Part shown: in pieces, positions 1-13,426 of the stretch
Position numbering within the stretch: position 1 is the first letter of the stretch
How the letters are laid out: the number at the start of each line of letters is the position of its first letter
Assembly (NCBI GenBank): GCA_001600815.1
Contig: BCKZ01000026.1
Span: forward strand, 124,001 to 185,013
Origin: Alloascoidea hylecoeti
Taxonomy: Eukaryota
Reading direction: 5' to 3'
Length of the DNA stretch: 61,013 nucleotides
Program-made: the position numbers and the translations under genes
The notes under the pieces: generated by a model
What the model was told of the DNA's origin: nothing
Database searches by the model: none
What the model saw: only the letters and a program-made list of their open reading frames with translations

Positions 1-1142
1 CTTTAGTAAGTGCTACATAGTTTATTATAAAATAAATATTTTACCATATTAAACGTTCTTGTCAACTTAAAAATGTCATTGCCTGATCGCTCTTTAATCC
101 CGAATTTTCTGAATAGAATTCGTCATTTTATTTACCTTAAAACAAATAACACTAGTACTGGTTAATAGTTATACAGCGTAGTTTACAATCATTATGCGTA
201 GCTCTTTTAAATTTAATTCTTCAATAATTCCCTAAATAGTATATGAAAGTTACCTTTTTGCTTGACACAACATTCACTATTAAATCATCAATATTGAATG
301 GAAAACTATAATAACTGCACTAATTTGTGATAATTAAGTGGCGATTAATATTGTACTGACGCGGGAATTGTGGTGTTATCTATATCTCCGGTAATACTTT
401 TGGGCCGTGAGTCCGTGACAAACTTAAGAATTATTGTTGGATATCCAACAATTACCACTAATAAACTATTCTTCTGTTGATAATATCTTTTAATATTTTC
501 CAACCAAAAATAATTCTTTTCTTTCCTTATGTTTAAAGTTAAGAAGTGATTTCACTTTAACTTCTTCTTCTTTTAGTTATATCGTCTTTTGGCTATTGGC
601 CCATATATAAAGTGATTTTGATGAAAATCATTTAGTTTCAATTATGAAAATTATTCAGCGTTAAGTGGTCGATTTTTACCTACTTGGAGGACTAATTATT
701 TGGACATGTGTTCATTAAATAATCGGGCACTTGATACAACTAAAAAAAACAGTAACTCGAAAAAACAACTATTGGCATTTATGTCAAGTGATATGGCCTA
801 ATTGCAAACTCTCTTCAAGCTCGTTTTCGTATATATAAGTCTTACAAATCCTGTTGTATTATTTAACATGATGCTACATATGGAATAGAACAGGATAAGA
901 AAGTAGAAGTGAATATTAAGGTTGTCATATGAAGTAGGAAATAGGTGCATGGAGCAAGCAATAGAATAGTAGAAATATTTTATAGGAAAAGGTAGACTAT
1001 ATAAAGAGCAGAGTATCCTATTTCATTGTACTTATTTCTTATACGTGTACCTCATAATTTAACATATATTTGATATTACAATACTGTTTTCATCAATATA
1101 AAATTTATTTGTCTAACATAATATATAATCATCAGTGATTCA

Positions 1143-2666
1143 TCACCAACTATTTTCAATTTCTAAAATTGTAAGTTTTCTCTTTTTCTTTTTCTTTAAA
1201 TTTATATTTAAATTTGTGATAGCCGCTTGTAATTGTTTATTTTTAGATTGATATAGCATTTTATGAGAAAATCTGTTCCTTTTATTTAACCAATGAATTC
1301 TGCCATAATCTTTTGGAGCAGAAACACTTCTATATAAAATTGCATCTAAATGATTTAACCAATTTTTAAAATGATAATATTTTGGTAAATGTTTTTTGGT
1401 AAATGATGGATCTTCAATTTGTAAATCCATTGAATCTAATACTTGATTAACAATTTTTGAAACATGTAATTCAGATATTGAATCTAATGAAGTATCAACT
1501 TTAATTATAACATTTAAACGAATTGGTTCAGAAAAATCGATTGGATTTTCAGGTGAATTATTAATTGCACCAATTGATTGTAATTTATTTTTAATAATTT
1601 CATTTTTAAATGCCTCTGATAATAAAGAATTTGGTTTAGAAAGAACTTTCTTTCTATAATCAAGAAAGCTTTGTAACATTTCAGATGTAGAAATAATCGG
1701 TAATGGAGTACCGGATTTAAATGGTGGTTCTAATTTCATAATATAGTGACCATTATTTCGATGATGTATGATCAATTTTCTAGATGCATCAGACGAATCT
1801 GATGAAAAGGAAAAAGGAAATGGGAATGAAGATGCAGATGTAGAAGAGTTGGAGGAGTAAGGTGGCGTTTTATGGTTTGTTTTTTGTTTTTTAGTAGATG
1901 AGAATGCATTTATACTTGATTCCGTTGATTCAAACGTTTCATTTTCATTTTCATCAACAGATATTTTTATTTCATGAGAGAAGACATTATTAGTGTCTGA
2001 TGAATCTAAGTTTGATGTTGAGTTAATACTTTGATCCAAATAGCGTTGAAGACTTTCAGATGTGACAGTACCATTTGAATCATTATGTTGTATATTGTCA
2101 GAAGTAGAATCAATGGAGCTTGATGATAGGTCATAAGGTTTTAAATTTCCAAGTAAATCTTGTGGAATCTTCTTAAAAGTAGTATCATCTCTTATAAGCC
2201 CAGATACAGATAGTTCCCAGGGACAAGTTAATGTTTCTTCATCTTCCCCTTCATCATATTCATTTTGACTAAAGGTATTAAATATATTAATTCTTGGTAC
2301 AACAGGTCTGAAACCACTGTATAAACCTTGTATATCTAAGTCGGATAAGTTAAGAAAATGAGTAGAAGGAACTTTAGGTATTCGACTATAATCCACAACT
2401 AATTCTCCAGAGTCTTGATTATTCCATTTTTCTTTGAGCGAAGATATCGAAGAAGTTGATAAACCCTTTTGTTTATTAATACTTTTGCGCCTATTTCTTA
2501 GATTTTTCAGAATTAAACCGAAGGAACCATTTCTATCAGAAGAAAGCAGTTTACTGTATGTTGTGAAACCTAAAGCAGAAGCTCCTAACTTTCCACAAGA
2601 GCAGTATGAGCACCGTTTAATGACAACCCGATTACAAATACGCCGAGAGGACCTCGATATCATCAT
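1143..2666 (-). CDS. PET20/SUE1/MRX6-family mitochondrial protein
   Basis: Basic Ser/Arg-rich N-terminus; family motifs IPKVPSTHFL...LYSGFRP and W-x-SVSG...IPQDLLGNLKPY. Confidence 0.75.
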   Translation of the reverse strand: MMISRSSRRICNRVVIKRCSYCSCGKLGASALGFTTYSKLLSSDRNGSFGLILKNLRNRRKSINKQKGLSTSSISSLKEKWNNQDSGELVVDYSRIPKVPSTHFLNLSDLDIQGLYSGFRPVVPRINIFNTFSQNEYDEGEDEETLTCPWELSVSGLIRDDTTFKKIPQDLLGNLKPYDLSSSSIDSTSDNIQHNDSNGTVTSESLQRYLDQSINSTSNLDSSDTNNVFSHEIKISVDENENETFESTESSINAFSSTKKQKTNHKTPPYSSNSSTSASSFPFPFSFSSDSSDASRKLIIHHRNNGHYIMKLEPPFKSGTPLPIISTSEMLQSFLDYRKKVLSKPNSLLSEAFKNEIIKNKLQSIGAINNSPENPIDFSEPIRLNVIIKVDTSLDSISELHVSKIVNQVLDSMDLQIEDPSFTKKHLPKYYHFKNWLNHLDAILYRSVSAPKDYGRIHWLNKRNRFSHKMLYQSKNKQLQAAITNLNINLKKKKKRKLTILEIENSW

Positions 2667-2734
2667 TCATGAACCGTTTTAACGAGAGTGGTGAAGTATT
2701 AAAGAAAGAAGGTGGAGTTATATTGGAACATTCG

Positions 2735-2742
2735 TTACCCGG
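2735..2742 (+). promoter_or_regulatory. Reb1-type site TTACCCGG in the divergent PET20-like/MON2 promoter
   Basis: Exact match to the TTACCCG(G) consensus in a ~170-bp divergent promoter; the same site is at 57488 upstream of SPC19. Confidence 0.5.
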
Positions 2743-2835
2743 AGTCATGATATTCATATAATCGGTTACATAATCATTCAAGCCACCTCTGCTTTTGTGT
2801 TTTTTTGGTGAAGTGAACCTTTTTGATAAGAATTA

Positions 2836-5800
2836 ATGTCTGTTGTTCACCAACTTCAGTCGGAACTCACAAACCTCATTTCGGAGTCCAGAAGGAGGCA
2901 TCCCGATATAAAAGTGGTATGTGTCTGTTGTTGGAAATTGCCACAGTATTCCTACTAACCTTACGTGTATGTAGGCCTCAGAGTACTCTTTGGAGATTTT
3001 GCATCAATATGTTCCTGGATCCTCAGAACAGGATTTTTTGAGAAGTATGTACTTTTCACTTAAAACCATTTTATTTGTTTGACCATTAACCATATATCTA
3101 TAGGTTTATCCCAGAATAAGAAATTCATAACACCTTTTTTGTTAGCTTGTCAGACCAGAAATGCTAAATATTCAGCAATTGCAGTTCAATGCTTAAACAA
3201 ATTGATATTATCTGAAGGACTCCCAGTTTCAAGACTAAACGACGTTTTAGAGGCTTTCATCGAAGCAACCCATTTAGCAATCGAAATCCAACTTAAGATT
3301 TTACAATCTTTACCTTCTTTGTTTCAAGCTTATGGAGGTTACATGTCTGATGATTTAATTTCAAATCTCTTGTTGGTATGTTCAATTCTTCAAGGTTCAA
3401 ATAAAGTCCAAGTGGTCGTAAATACTGCCGCAGCTACATTACAACAATTATTAGTTTCTATTTTTGATAAAGTCCAATTCGAAGATGAGAAAGGTGAAGA
3501 CGTTCTTAAACCTTACTCTTGTGCAATTGATGATAACAAAACTGTTAATGTTGGTCCTGCTGCTCATGACGCTCAAAGAATCTTTCTTGATCTTTGCCTT
3601 TTAATTGAACATCATCAACCTGAATTTTTAAGATTCAATTATATTTCTGAAACTTTTGGTTTTGAATTAATTGAAAGTATTTTATCAAATAATACTGAAA
3701 CTTTTTTAAATCATGTTGAATTGGGATTTTTGTTACGAACACGTGTTGTTCCTATCTTACTTCGTGCTTTTTCAATAAGTCGGGATTTTGCTGTTGTAGT
3801 ACGTGTTTCAAGAATTATATTTTTATTAACAAAACGTCAATTCCCAATTCTTACAATTGAATGTGAAGTTGTTTTATCTTTATTAACGCATGCTTTGGAT
3901 CCATCTGCATTTCCTTTATGGAAACGTATTTTATGCATGGAGATATATCAAGGAATTTGTTCAGATTTTGAATTGGTAAGACAATTATTTTCTTTATATG
4001 ATATTGTAGAAGGTAAGAAAAAAGTTATTGAAGAATTAATTGAAGCTCTGTTAAAAATTACAACCGAAAAGCCAAAAACTTTTGGTTACGCTTCTAATAG
4101 ACGATTACAGACTCCTTTACCTACTATTCAACCACAAGATGATATATCTATAGGCAATGGTAGAAAAAGTTCTTCTCATAATAATAACAATCAAAATTTA
4201 AATTCTCAAGAAGATTTGAAAAAAATCGGTTTATCAACTTCTCACTCACTTTTAAAAATTCCTTCAATTGATATGCTTGATAAATCTGATCCACCAACTG
4301 CCCCAGATACCTATTTATATTATATGGCATTGGTATGTGTTAATTCATTATCTGATGGTTTAGCTAATTTTGTTATGAAATTATCAACTGAAAAATCCCC
4401 AGTTAAACGCAAATCGAAATCTAATAATAACAATAATTCTGCCGCCACCAATATTGAAAAAGAATCTACTACTTCAAAGTCAAAAAGATTTATATTTTTA
4501 AATCCTTCATCAATTGATACACATCCCTTTAAAGAAGATATTTTAATATGTTCAAAATTTATTGAAGTAAATTGGCAAAATTTATTACAAATCGATTTAA
4601 TGTTTTTATTTTCAAAACTTGAAAATGATTTATTTCATTCTTTAGTAAGATCAATGCAAAAAATATGTCATGCATCAGGTGTTTTAGGTATAACAATTTC
4701 AAGAGATGGATTTTTATTAGCTTTAAGTAAAGCAACTATAAATGATACCTATGAAGGCATATCAAGTGAAAGTAAAAGTACTGGTTCAAGATTACTTAGT
4801 TTTGGTGAATCAATAGTTGAAACATTAGCTGGAACTGGTTCTGGTAGTGTTCATGCAAATACTGGTGTAAATTCATCATCATATAGCAGTAATCATAATT
4901 TGGATAATTCTAATGGTGTTATTACATCAACTCATATTTTATGTTTAAGAGCTTTATTAAGTCTTGCATTATCTCTTGGATATACTCTTGGTTCAAGTTG
5001 GAAAATAGTATTAATAACTTTGAGTTGGATGGATTATCATATCCAAGTTACAAAAAGTACAACAACTAATGGTTCAACAACAAATAATAATAATAGTAAT
5101 AATACAACAATTTCCACAAAAGGAAGTGTTTTCAGTGATTCTTCAATACTATCAAATAGTACAATTAATTTGATTCAAAGTTTAAGTGAAAAAGTCTTCC
5201 AATCAACAAATGATTTTCAAGCTAATCCATTTTCAGAATTATTAAATGCAATTATTGATTTATCAGTTGAAGTATTATCATCAACAGATATCAAAATAAA
5301 TAAAACTTCTAAAAAAAATAATGTTAATGAACCATTAAAATTATGTCGATTGAATACAAATTTTTATTTATATAAACTTGGTGAAGTTTTCAAAGCAAAT
5401 AGTCAAAGATTTTTAAAAGATAATAATAAAGATAATGAAAATAAAATTAGTTGGTATTTAATTGTTGAATATTTTGTACAAGTTTGTGGATCTCGACAAT
5501 TATCACCAGAAACAAGAATTGCATCATCAAAAATTTTAAATACCTCAATTGATTCAATTGCTGCAGAAGCATCGAATTCAAATTCTGATTTTTTACAAAG
5601 TAGAGTTTTAACATCATTAGAATTATTAATTATTGAATTAATTAATTTAAATACTGGTAAAATAACAAGTGATGATGATTCAATAACAATCACAATAATT
5701 ACAACAGAATCTGAAATTCATTTAATGACAATTGCAAATTTACAAAGTTTATTAAATAGATATGGATCAAATTTTGGTGATAGTTGGAATATTGCTTTTA

Positions 5801-8130
5801 ATATTATTAATTCACCATTTAAATTTATTTCAGGTGATAGATATGATTCATTATCAAATGAACAAAAAAGATTATTAGATGAAAAATTAACATTTTTAAT
5901 TAAATCATCATTTGAAACAATTCAATTAGTTTGTGACGATTTTTTACAAAATTTACCATCAAATGTTATTAAAATATTAATTGATACAATTCACTTATTT
6001 TGTAAACAAGAATTAGACTTAAATATTTCATTTTCAGCAATTAGTTATTTTTGGAATATATCAGATTTTATAAGAGATGAAATAAATTCTTCTTCTTCTT
6101 CTTCTTCTGTTTCTAATGAATGGAGAGAAGAAAAAAATGAACCAATGACTACTTTTGAACAATGTTTAAATTCAGTTTTATCATATCAAAACAAATATGA
6201 TCTTTTTGAATCACTTTGGGTTTATTTATTATATAAATTAGTTAATATTGTTGATGATGATAGAATCCAAGTTAGAAATGGTACAATTCAAACATTTTTC
6301 AGAATTTTTGATGCTCATGGCTCAAAACTTACAATTAATAATTGGAAATCATGTTATAAAATTGTTATTAATCTTTTACTATTAAAAAAACCACAATTTA
6401 ATGAAAATAAATCAAATAATAAACAATTAATTTTAAATCATTGGCCTGAATCAATAAGTTTAATTGTTTCTGGTTTAACAAGATTATTTACATCTTTTTT
6501 AATACAATTTGAATATTCAAAATTAGATTTATTTGTTGTTTGGGGTGATTTATTAAATTATTATAAAGAAATTTTAACATTTGGTTGGAATGATTGTGGA
6601 ACAACTGTTTATAAATCATTTGGAGAAATAACAACGAAATTTAATACACTTTCTTCATCAATTACAATACCTAGGAAAATTATTCAATTGCTGTTAGATT
6701 TTTTCGTTACACAGCGTGTTAATTATAAAATTGTTAATAATAATATGTTAACTAAATCATATTTAGAATCATTAACCGCATTAGTTGAATCATTCCCATT
6801 ACTTTATTCAATAACAAATGAAGATCAAATGACATTATCACTAATTACCGGTATTATTCATCTATTTGATACATGTATTCGATATCCAGTATTACCAGAT
6901 GGATATAATGATGTTAATTTTCGTTCTTCATTACAAGATGCAGTTTTAAAATCAGTTGATTTAATTAAAGTTGATGATTCAAAAATTTGTTCATTAATTT
7001 TAAGAGAAGTTTCTGCAGTCATAACAACACCATTTGAAATAATTGAAGCAAATAAATTAGATAATCCAAAAACAAAAGAAGTTTTAAAAACTAATAGTTT
7101 ACATTATGCAACAAACATTTCTGTTTCATTCGAAGCATTAAAAATATTAATGAAAAAATTACATGTTATTAAAGATTATAAGCCATTAATTTTAGATGGA
7201 ACAATGGTTGAAGTTTTCAGTTCTCTAAGCATTCCAATTCATTGGAAATTTGATTCTCCATCAGTTAGTAATAAATCAGCTGAAGAACGTGATGAATTAT
7301 GGATAGAATCAATGAAAATTTTACTTGTTTTATGTGAAAAAGTATTACCTGTTTTCAAAGAAGATGAATTTAATACAAATGATATAACAAATGATCAAAA
7401 ATTAGGAATTTGGATATATATTAATAAAGCAATTTCAGATACAGTTTATGTACCGAGAGTTTCATCATCAAAACATTTATTACCACGTTATGAACAATTT
7501 GATTTAGAAACTTATTCAAAATTAAAAAAAATAATATTACCATATTTAGTTGAACCATATTTAAAAAGAAATATTAATAGTTTTTTAATGATTATTACAA
7601 AAACTTCATTTTTTTATGAATTAACTGATCCATTGCTGACAAATGAAATTTTGGATGAACAAGATGTTAATAAAGTTGATGAATTAAATAAAAAATTATA
7701 CAATGATAATATTAATTTAAAACGAATGGTTGGATCAACAGAATTATTAAATTTAAATAAAAGAAGTGAAATTAGTTGGCAATGTATTGGTGATTTAATT
7801 GGATTTTTGGAACAAGATGACAATGAAAGATTAGCATCACAAACGTTATCATTTTTAAAATTAAGATTAACATTATTATTGAGGAAATATATTAGTGATA
7901 AACATTTATCAGGTAATATTCCATTACCTAAACCAATAATGAGTGAACTTATTTTACTATTCAAAGGAATATTACAACTATTAAGAAATAAAAAAGATGA
8001 AAAGAGACAAGGAATTATACAACTATTAGATGATATTAAAGTGTTGTTAATTAAATGTATTTCGATTTCAAGTGGAGATAAATTGGTGTTACATTTATTA
8101 GAGGAATTATTTCTTGAAATGAATAAATAA
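2836..8130 (+). CDS. MON2: Mon2, Sec7-related endosome/Golgi trafficking protein (3 exons)
   Basis: Exons 2836-2916, 2975-3044, 3104-8130 (GTATGT donors, TACTAAC/ATTAAC branch points, TAG acceptors, frame preserved). N-term LQSELTNLISESRRRHPDIK, IEIQLKILQ, LNISFSAISYFW, DDRIQVRNGTIQTFFRI. Confidence 0.92.
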
Positions 8131-8814
8131 TCAATAGCTCTATGGTATAATATAAATTTTGTTCATAAATGTATTTAGAAATATGAGCTTATGTAATATA
8201 TATATATATAATAAATTATGTAAGAGATTATGCAAGATTCAAATGTTGTTACCCTACCTTGATTATATAATTTTGTTTTCACTTGTTTTCACTTGTATCA
8301 ATTCCAAAACACTATTAAATTAAGGAAACCATTAGCAATAATCGGCATCACCAAACAAATCATTAGCATTGTGAGTGTTTAGATTATTCAAATAATCATT
8401 TAAGAATTTATTCCATCACAATATATTTTTTGATTATTATCACTATTTTGGATTTTGATATTTTTAGAGCTCAAAAATAATATTTAAATCTTTTTTCTTC
8501 CTTCTTCTTTTCCTAACTATAAAAGTTAACGTTTGTTATCGTTGATCCTTAAAATTTCTTTGTTGAACCGAGAGCTAGAAATAGAAAAGCCAACCTTGGA
8601 TTCTAAAGAAACGCTTTTGAGCAATTAAGATCATTGATATAATTTACAGATTCTCACTCGTAGACGACGAACGGCAGAACTACAAAGATACAAGTACAAG
8701 GCTAAGGGATATTTAAAATTGATATAATTAGGAGAAAATATTGATATTTGATACTGCTATACTTTTATTATATTTTCCATTTGAAATCCATTATATTCAT
8801 TCTGAAGAGTATTG

Positions 8815-11505
8815 ATGTCTGAAAACGGACATTCACCGTCAACCGACCAGCCAGCAGGAGGTAAGGTGTTTTTTTTTGCCCGCTTGGGGTGATTACCCGC
8901 CTTTGACTAACTTTTATTAGCAGAGCTGTTTGACTACCACAACCACCAAACACCCTCTTTCGATGTTAACCCGGTGGACCTGAACCTCGGCAGCCAGGAC
9001 CCGACCCACCCGGCAGACCGTCCGGAAACCAACCATGGCCAGTTTTTCATGTATAACCCGTACACGGGAGGCCCAGTGGATCACGATGGGAGTAAAGTGC
9101 CAAACATACAGCAAACACTATCTGCGTTCTACGACCGCAGACCCATTCCCCCTCCTCAGCAAATGTGCTACCCGATGCACCCGGGCGGAAGCGCCCCTCC
9201 CCAAATGTTTTCGATGCCCATGTCGATGCACCCCCCTCACACAGACCAGCAGGGTAACCCCCAGAGCCAACCCCTCACCCAAGGAGTCCCCCAAGGCCAC
9301 CCCCAAGGCCACCCCCAACACCCTCCTCTTCCAGGATCAATCAACTGGAGCAATTTCCCTCCTCTCCATCCTAATTTCGGGTTTCTTCCTCAACCTCCTC
9401 TTGACCAGGAAAAATTGAAACAGGATTATATCAGAAATAAACAACGTTTGGAACAACTAAAGGCAAGTAGACTGTCTTCAGCCTCTCCTTCATCTTCCTC
9501 TTCAACTCCTAATGCTACCGGCATTTCTACTTTTACTTCACAGTTTCCTATAACTTCCAAAAACATGACAACTCAAGTGTCCAAACCTGTTCCATCTCAA
9601 TTCCAAAAAGTTGAAGTAACCGATGATGCTCATTTTTATAAATATGAACTCTCAGATTTCACCAAAAAATTGTTAAAAGGTAAAGATCCTGCAAATCAAC
9701 TTCGTCTTCGTTTAGCCGCCGCTTGTCGTTCTTTTTCTTCTGATAGGGAACGTTTATCTTCTAGAATATCTGCCATCCTTTTAGCAATAGAAACCGTAGC
9801 ATGGACCGGTGATAATAACGATTTAAGATATGTTGCTTTAGCTCAATGTATGTCCTGTGTACATGATAGCAAGCTTTGGAAATTGTTTATTCGTGATTCA
9901 AAACTTATTGCAAGATTATCGAAATGGTTACATATTGATGTTAAAAATAAACGTTATAATAGTACTTTACCGATACTTCAATTTTTATCTTTAATGCCTT
10001 TAAATCAACAAATGATTGATTTATTTAAATTGAAAAGAGTTTTAAATATTATCAGTAATAATGCGAACATTGAAGTTAAAAATACAATTAAGAAAATAAC
10101 GGCAAGAGCAATCAACTTTTCAAAAGAAAGAGATCCAGTTCCCACCCAACAACAACAGCAGCAACCTCCTCCTCCAACTGCTACTTCTAATGTAATTAAA
10201 GATTTACCAAGATTTAAAAAAACTGCTGCTACAACTTTACCGCCTGCTAAACCTGTAAATAGGTCAGATGTAAGAGATTTGAAAAGGAAAATAACTTCAA
10301 CTTCAAGTACAAAACCTTCAAGTTCTGGATTTTTCAAGACATTAAGTGGTACATCTAATTCTAATTCAACCCCAACTTCTAATATAACGTCTAATATAAG
10401 TACAGTTACAGCAAGACCTGTACTTAAAACAAAGGTACTCCCCATACATTCTTCTATTAAATCCGATACATTTAAATCAAATGAAAACAAATCATTATCT
10501 AAACCCAAAACAAATACTCCTCCCGTTAAATCTTCTTCATCAAATGCACCTACTAAAGTCTGGACATTATCTGGGTTTCTTAGTAAAACTAAATCAAGTG
10601 ATGTTAAACCAAAAGATAAACAAAAATCAACTTCCGTTGAATCTGAATCTGAATCTCGCTCTCCATCAGCAACCATTCTATCTGCTTCTTCTAAGGCTAC
10701 AGAAGTGTCAAACCCTTCTAATTTATCTTCTTCAAATTCAGTGAGTGGAATCTTGAAACGTAAGAATGATGATCAAACCAATTATGATTCAAAAAGAACA
10801 AAACATAATATTTCAATACGGTGGAAACCTGATGATGTTTTAGTTGAACGACATGAATTTGAATATTTCCCTGAAGAAAGATCTTTATTTACCGGTGATA
10901 AACACTCACATAGTCCTGGTTCTTCAAAAGAAATGAATAATGCAGAAGCCCTTGCTTTAAAGGGTATCAATTTTACAAATGAACGACAAACTGATGTGGA
11001 TATGGATTGGGTTGATCCAGAACCAATCAATTTTCAAATAATTCCTGGTTTTCTTAATAATCAAACAAAGAAAAATTCAATTAGAAATGGTGGTAATACA
11101 AAAATAAATAGTCTTGAAATGTCAAAACAACAATTTCGAGAATCACAAATTTTGGTTGCTTTATATTCTAAACTTGAAGATATTCCTGATACACCATCAG
11201 AACCAAACCTAGAAGATTGTGGGGAAGAAATTAAATTTAAATATATGAAACCTTTTGGAAGTGCTGGTATCGTAGAATCAATTAAAGAATTTACTATAGC
11301 TAAATTAAATGAAAATTTGCTTAATAATTCAGATAATTTTAACGATCTTAGTTCTCCCATTAATAATACATCCAATAATCTAATTAACAACATTATTCCA
11401 GGTGATCTCAATTCTCTTCTTGCTTCTTTACGTTCTTTAGCTGAAGGAAATTCCAAACAAAATAGCAGTACTATAAAGCCAACAAATAGTGGTACATTTT
11501 TATGA
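8815..11505 (+). CDS. PNUTS/Ppn1/Ref2-like PP1 (Glc7) regulatory subunit (2 exons)
   Basis: Exons 8815-8860 and 8921-11505 (GTAAGG...GACTAAC...TAG). TFIIS-N-like helical domain, GILK (SILK-type) motif, RVxF-type ISIRWKPDDVLVERHEF and PNUTS-like QFRESQILVALY...IPDTPSEP. Confidence 0.75.
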
Positions 11506-11920
11506 TATTGTCTAAAATGGGATGGTTATTAGCTGCAGCTGTAGGGTTGTTTTAATTATTATGTATGCATAGGTAAATAATTCACAAAAATCAAAAGGTT
11601 AATATATTTTTTACAGGTAATAGATATACTATTTATATTCAGATAATCAATCATTTATATAGTCATATGTTTATTTATTTATATTTGTATGCTTGCCTTA
11701 AATTTGTTAAGTTGTTATTCTGCATGCTCATGCTATTGTACATGTGCGTATACTTTTGGGAAGTGATATGTAGCACTTTAATGTGTGTTTTGTTTGTCTT
11801 GAATTATGTTAATTCTGAATTTTTTTACAATAAAAATTCTATTAAACCTTACTATCTAATTAGGTGGTTTTGTGTGTTTAGTTCCCACCACGAATGTAGT
11901 GTTTGTTTACTCATGTATGC

Positions 11921-12088
11921 ACCTTCAGATTTTTTTTCATTTGGAGAATTTTGAGCCCCATCAATTAATCGGTTATCTTCCTCAATAGCATTGTGTATTG
12001 TAGCAGATATAGTATCAGTTAGAACTTTCCAGGTACCAAGGCCAGTTTGTGAAATCTTTAAACCGTCGTTTAAGGTTAAGTATAGTTC
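11921..12088 (-). pseudogene. Aldo-keto reductase (XYL1/GRE3-like) N-terminal fragment
   Basis: Translates LTLNDGLKISQTGLGTWK...IHNAIEEDNRLIDGAQNSPNEK, matching the AKR N-terminus. No in-frame ATG, catalytic Tyr replaced by Ser, rest of the gene absent. Confidence 0.7.
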
Positions 12089-13426
12089 TCCATAAAACTT
12101 ATACGTGCTATTTTAATTCAGTTCATGAGAAATGTAATCTCAATTTCTTAGTGAAGACCTGGAATAGGCGAATATGAAACAAAAAATTTAGTAGAAGTTT
12201 AGATATAATTAGAGATAGATATACTAGGAATAATTATCGGAAAGGTCCTTATTTCTGCTCCACTTCAATTTATTCTTCAAGTTCAGTGAGAAGTCCTTTG
12301 TATCAATCGAAGGAAGCATAGGGTATTATTTCAGGCTAGGGTTACTCATTCTCTTCCTCTATTGCTAAAGGTTCGTATATTACAATATCCCTCTAGGTAT
12401 ACAGTCAAAAATGTTTTAAATAAACCATAAAATATGGAATAAAGTTATGAAAAAATGTAAGATGCTTCAAGTTCTGAAGAATCTACCATGTCAATAATGG
12501 TCTTGGTTTCTTTCACTTCCGGTGTTAGTCATACAGACTATACAACGTGTACTAACCGTGTCTTCTTCTAAATTTTGAGCCTTTCTCATTTTCTGGAAAG
12601 TCTTTTTGCTTATGCTACACTCCATTTTGGTATGGAGTTGGGTATTTTAAAAATTCAAGTTTTATGGGCATGAGGGGGGGATGGTTTTCTGAGCTTGCGG
12701 TCGGTACGTAACTTACTCTACATGTCTACATATATGTCACTAAATACGTTTAAGTTTAAAAAGTGTCCTAATCAATGGAAGTGACATAATTATCAATCAA
12801 CAGATGATGCAAGGTAATGCAATAAAGCTTAATATACGACAAATGAGCTCCTTCACCATGCAAAATACGAAATCCATGCATATAAATAAGGAGCAAATCT
12901 CGTAGTCTCGATGAATGCAAAATCTATTAAGCAGTAAAAATGATTTATAGGATGTTTAGACCATATCACTTACTCCTTATATTCTTGAGACAGAATTCTC
13001 AAATAGTCTTTGGTAAACTGTAGTAGTTGGGTTATTTATTCCTTATATTATGTTGGAGAATTTCGAGTAGAGTGTGGTTCAGGCAGGGAAGGACTATATG
13101 AAGAATAACAGGGTTCGTATATCTTCGTATCTAGCTAGGGTCCAAGGTGAGAATGCCACACAAATCCAGTAACTGCTAGGTGTAGCAGCTATATTGTATT
13201 GAAAATACTATTCTTTAAATTTTCTTCCACAACTTTCATCTCTATATTTAGTGTGAAAACTTCAAATCTCTTCAATAAGGACGTCTCTTTTACGTTTAAT
13301 CTTTTTTACGTTTCGGTGAGGTTATAATAAAAAATACTCTAAATTTTAAACCACTTCAAATTTTTTTCATCTCATTTATAATTAGCATATATTCAAATAT
13401 CATTATAAACGCTCATCTCTTAGCAA

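Noticed and set aside
10005..11456. Long antisense ORFs over the PNUTS-like gene (likewise over MON2, CHS3, GPR1, gag/pol)
   Set aside because: Shadow ORFs with no recognisable motifs.
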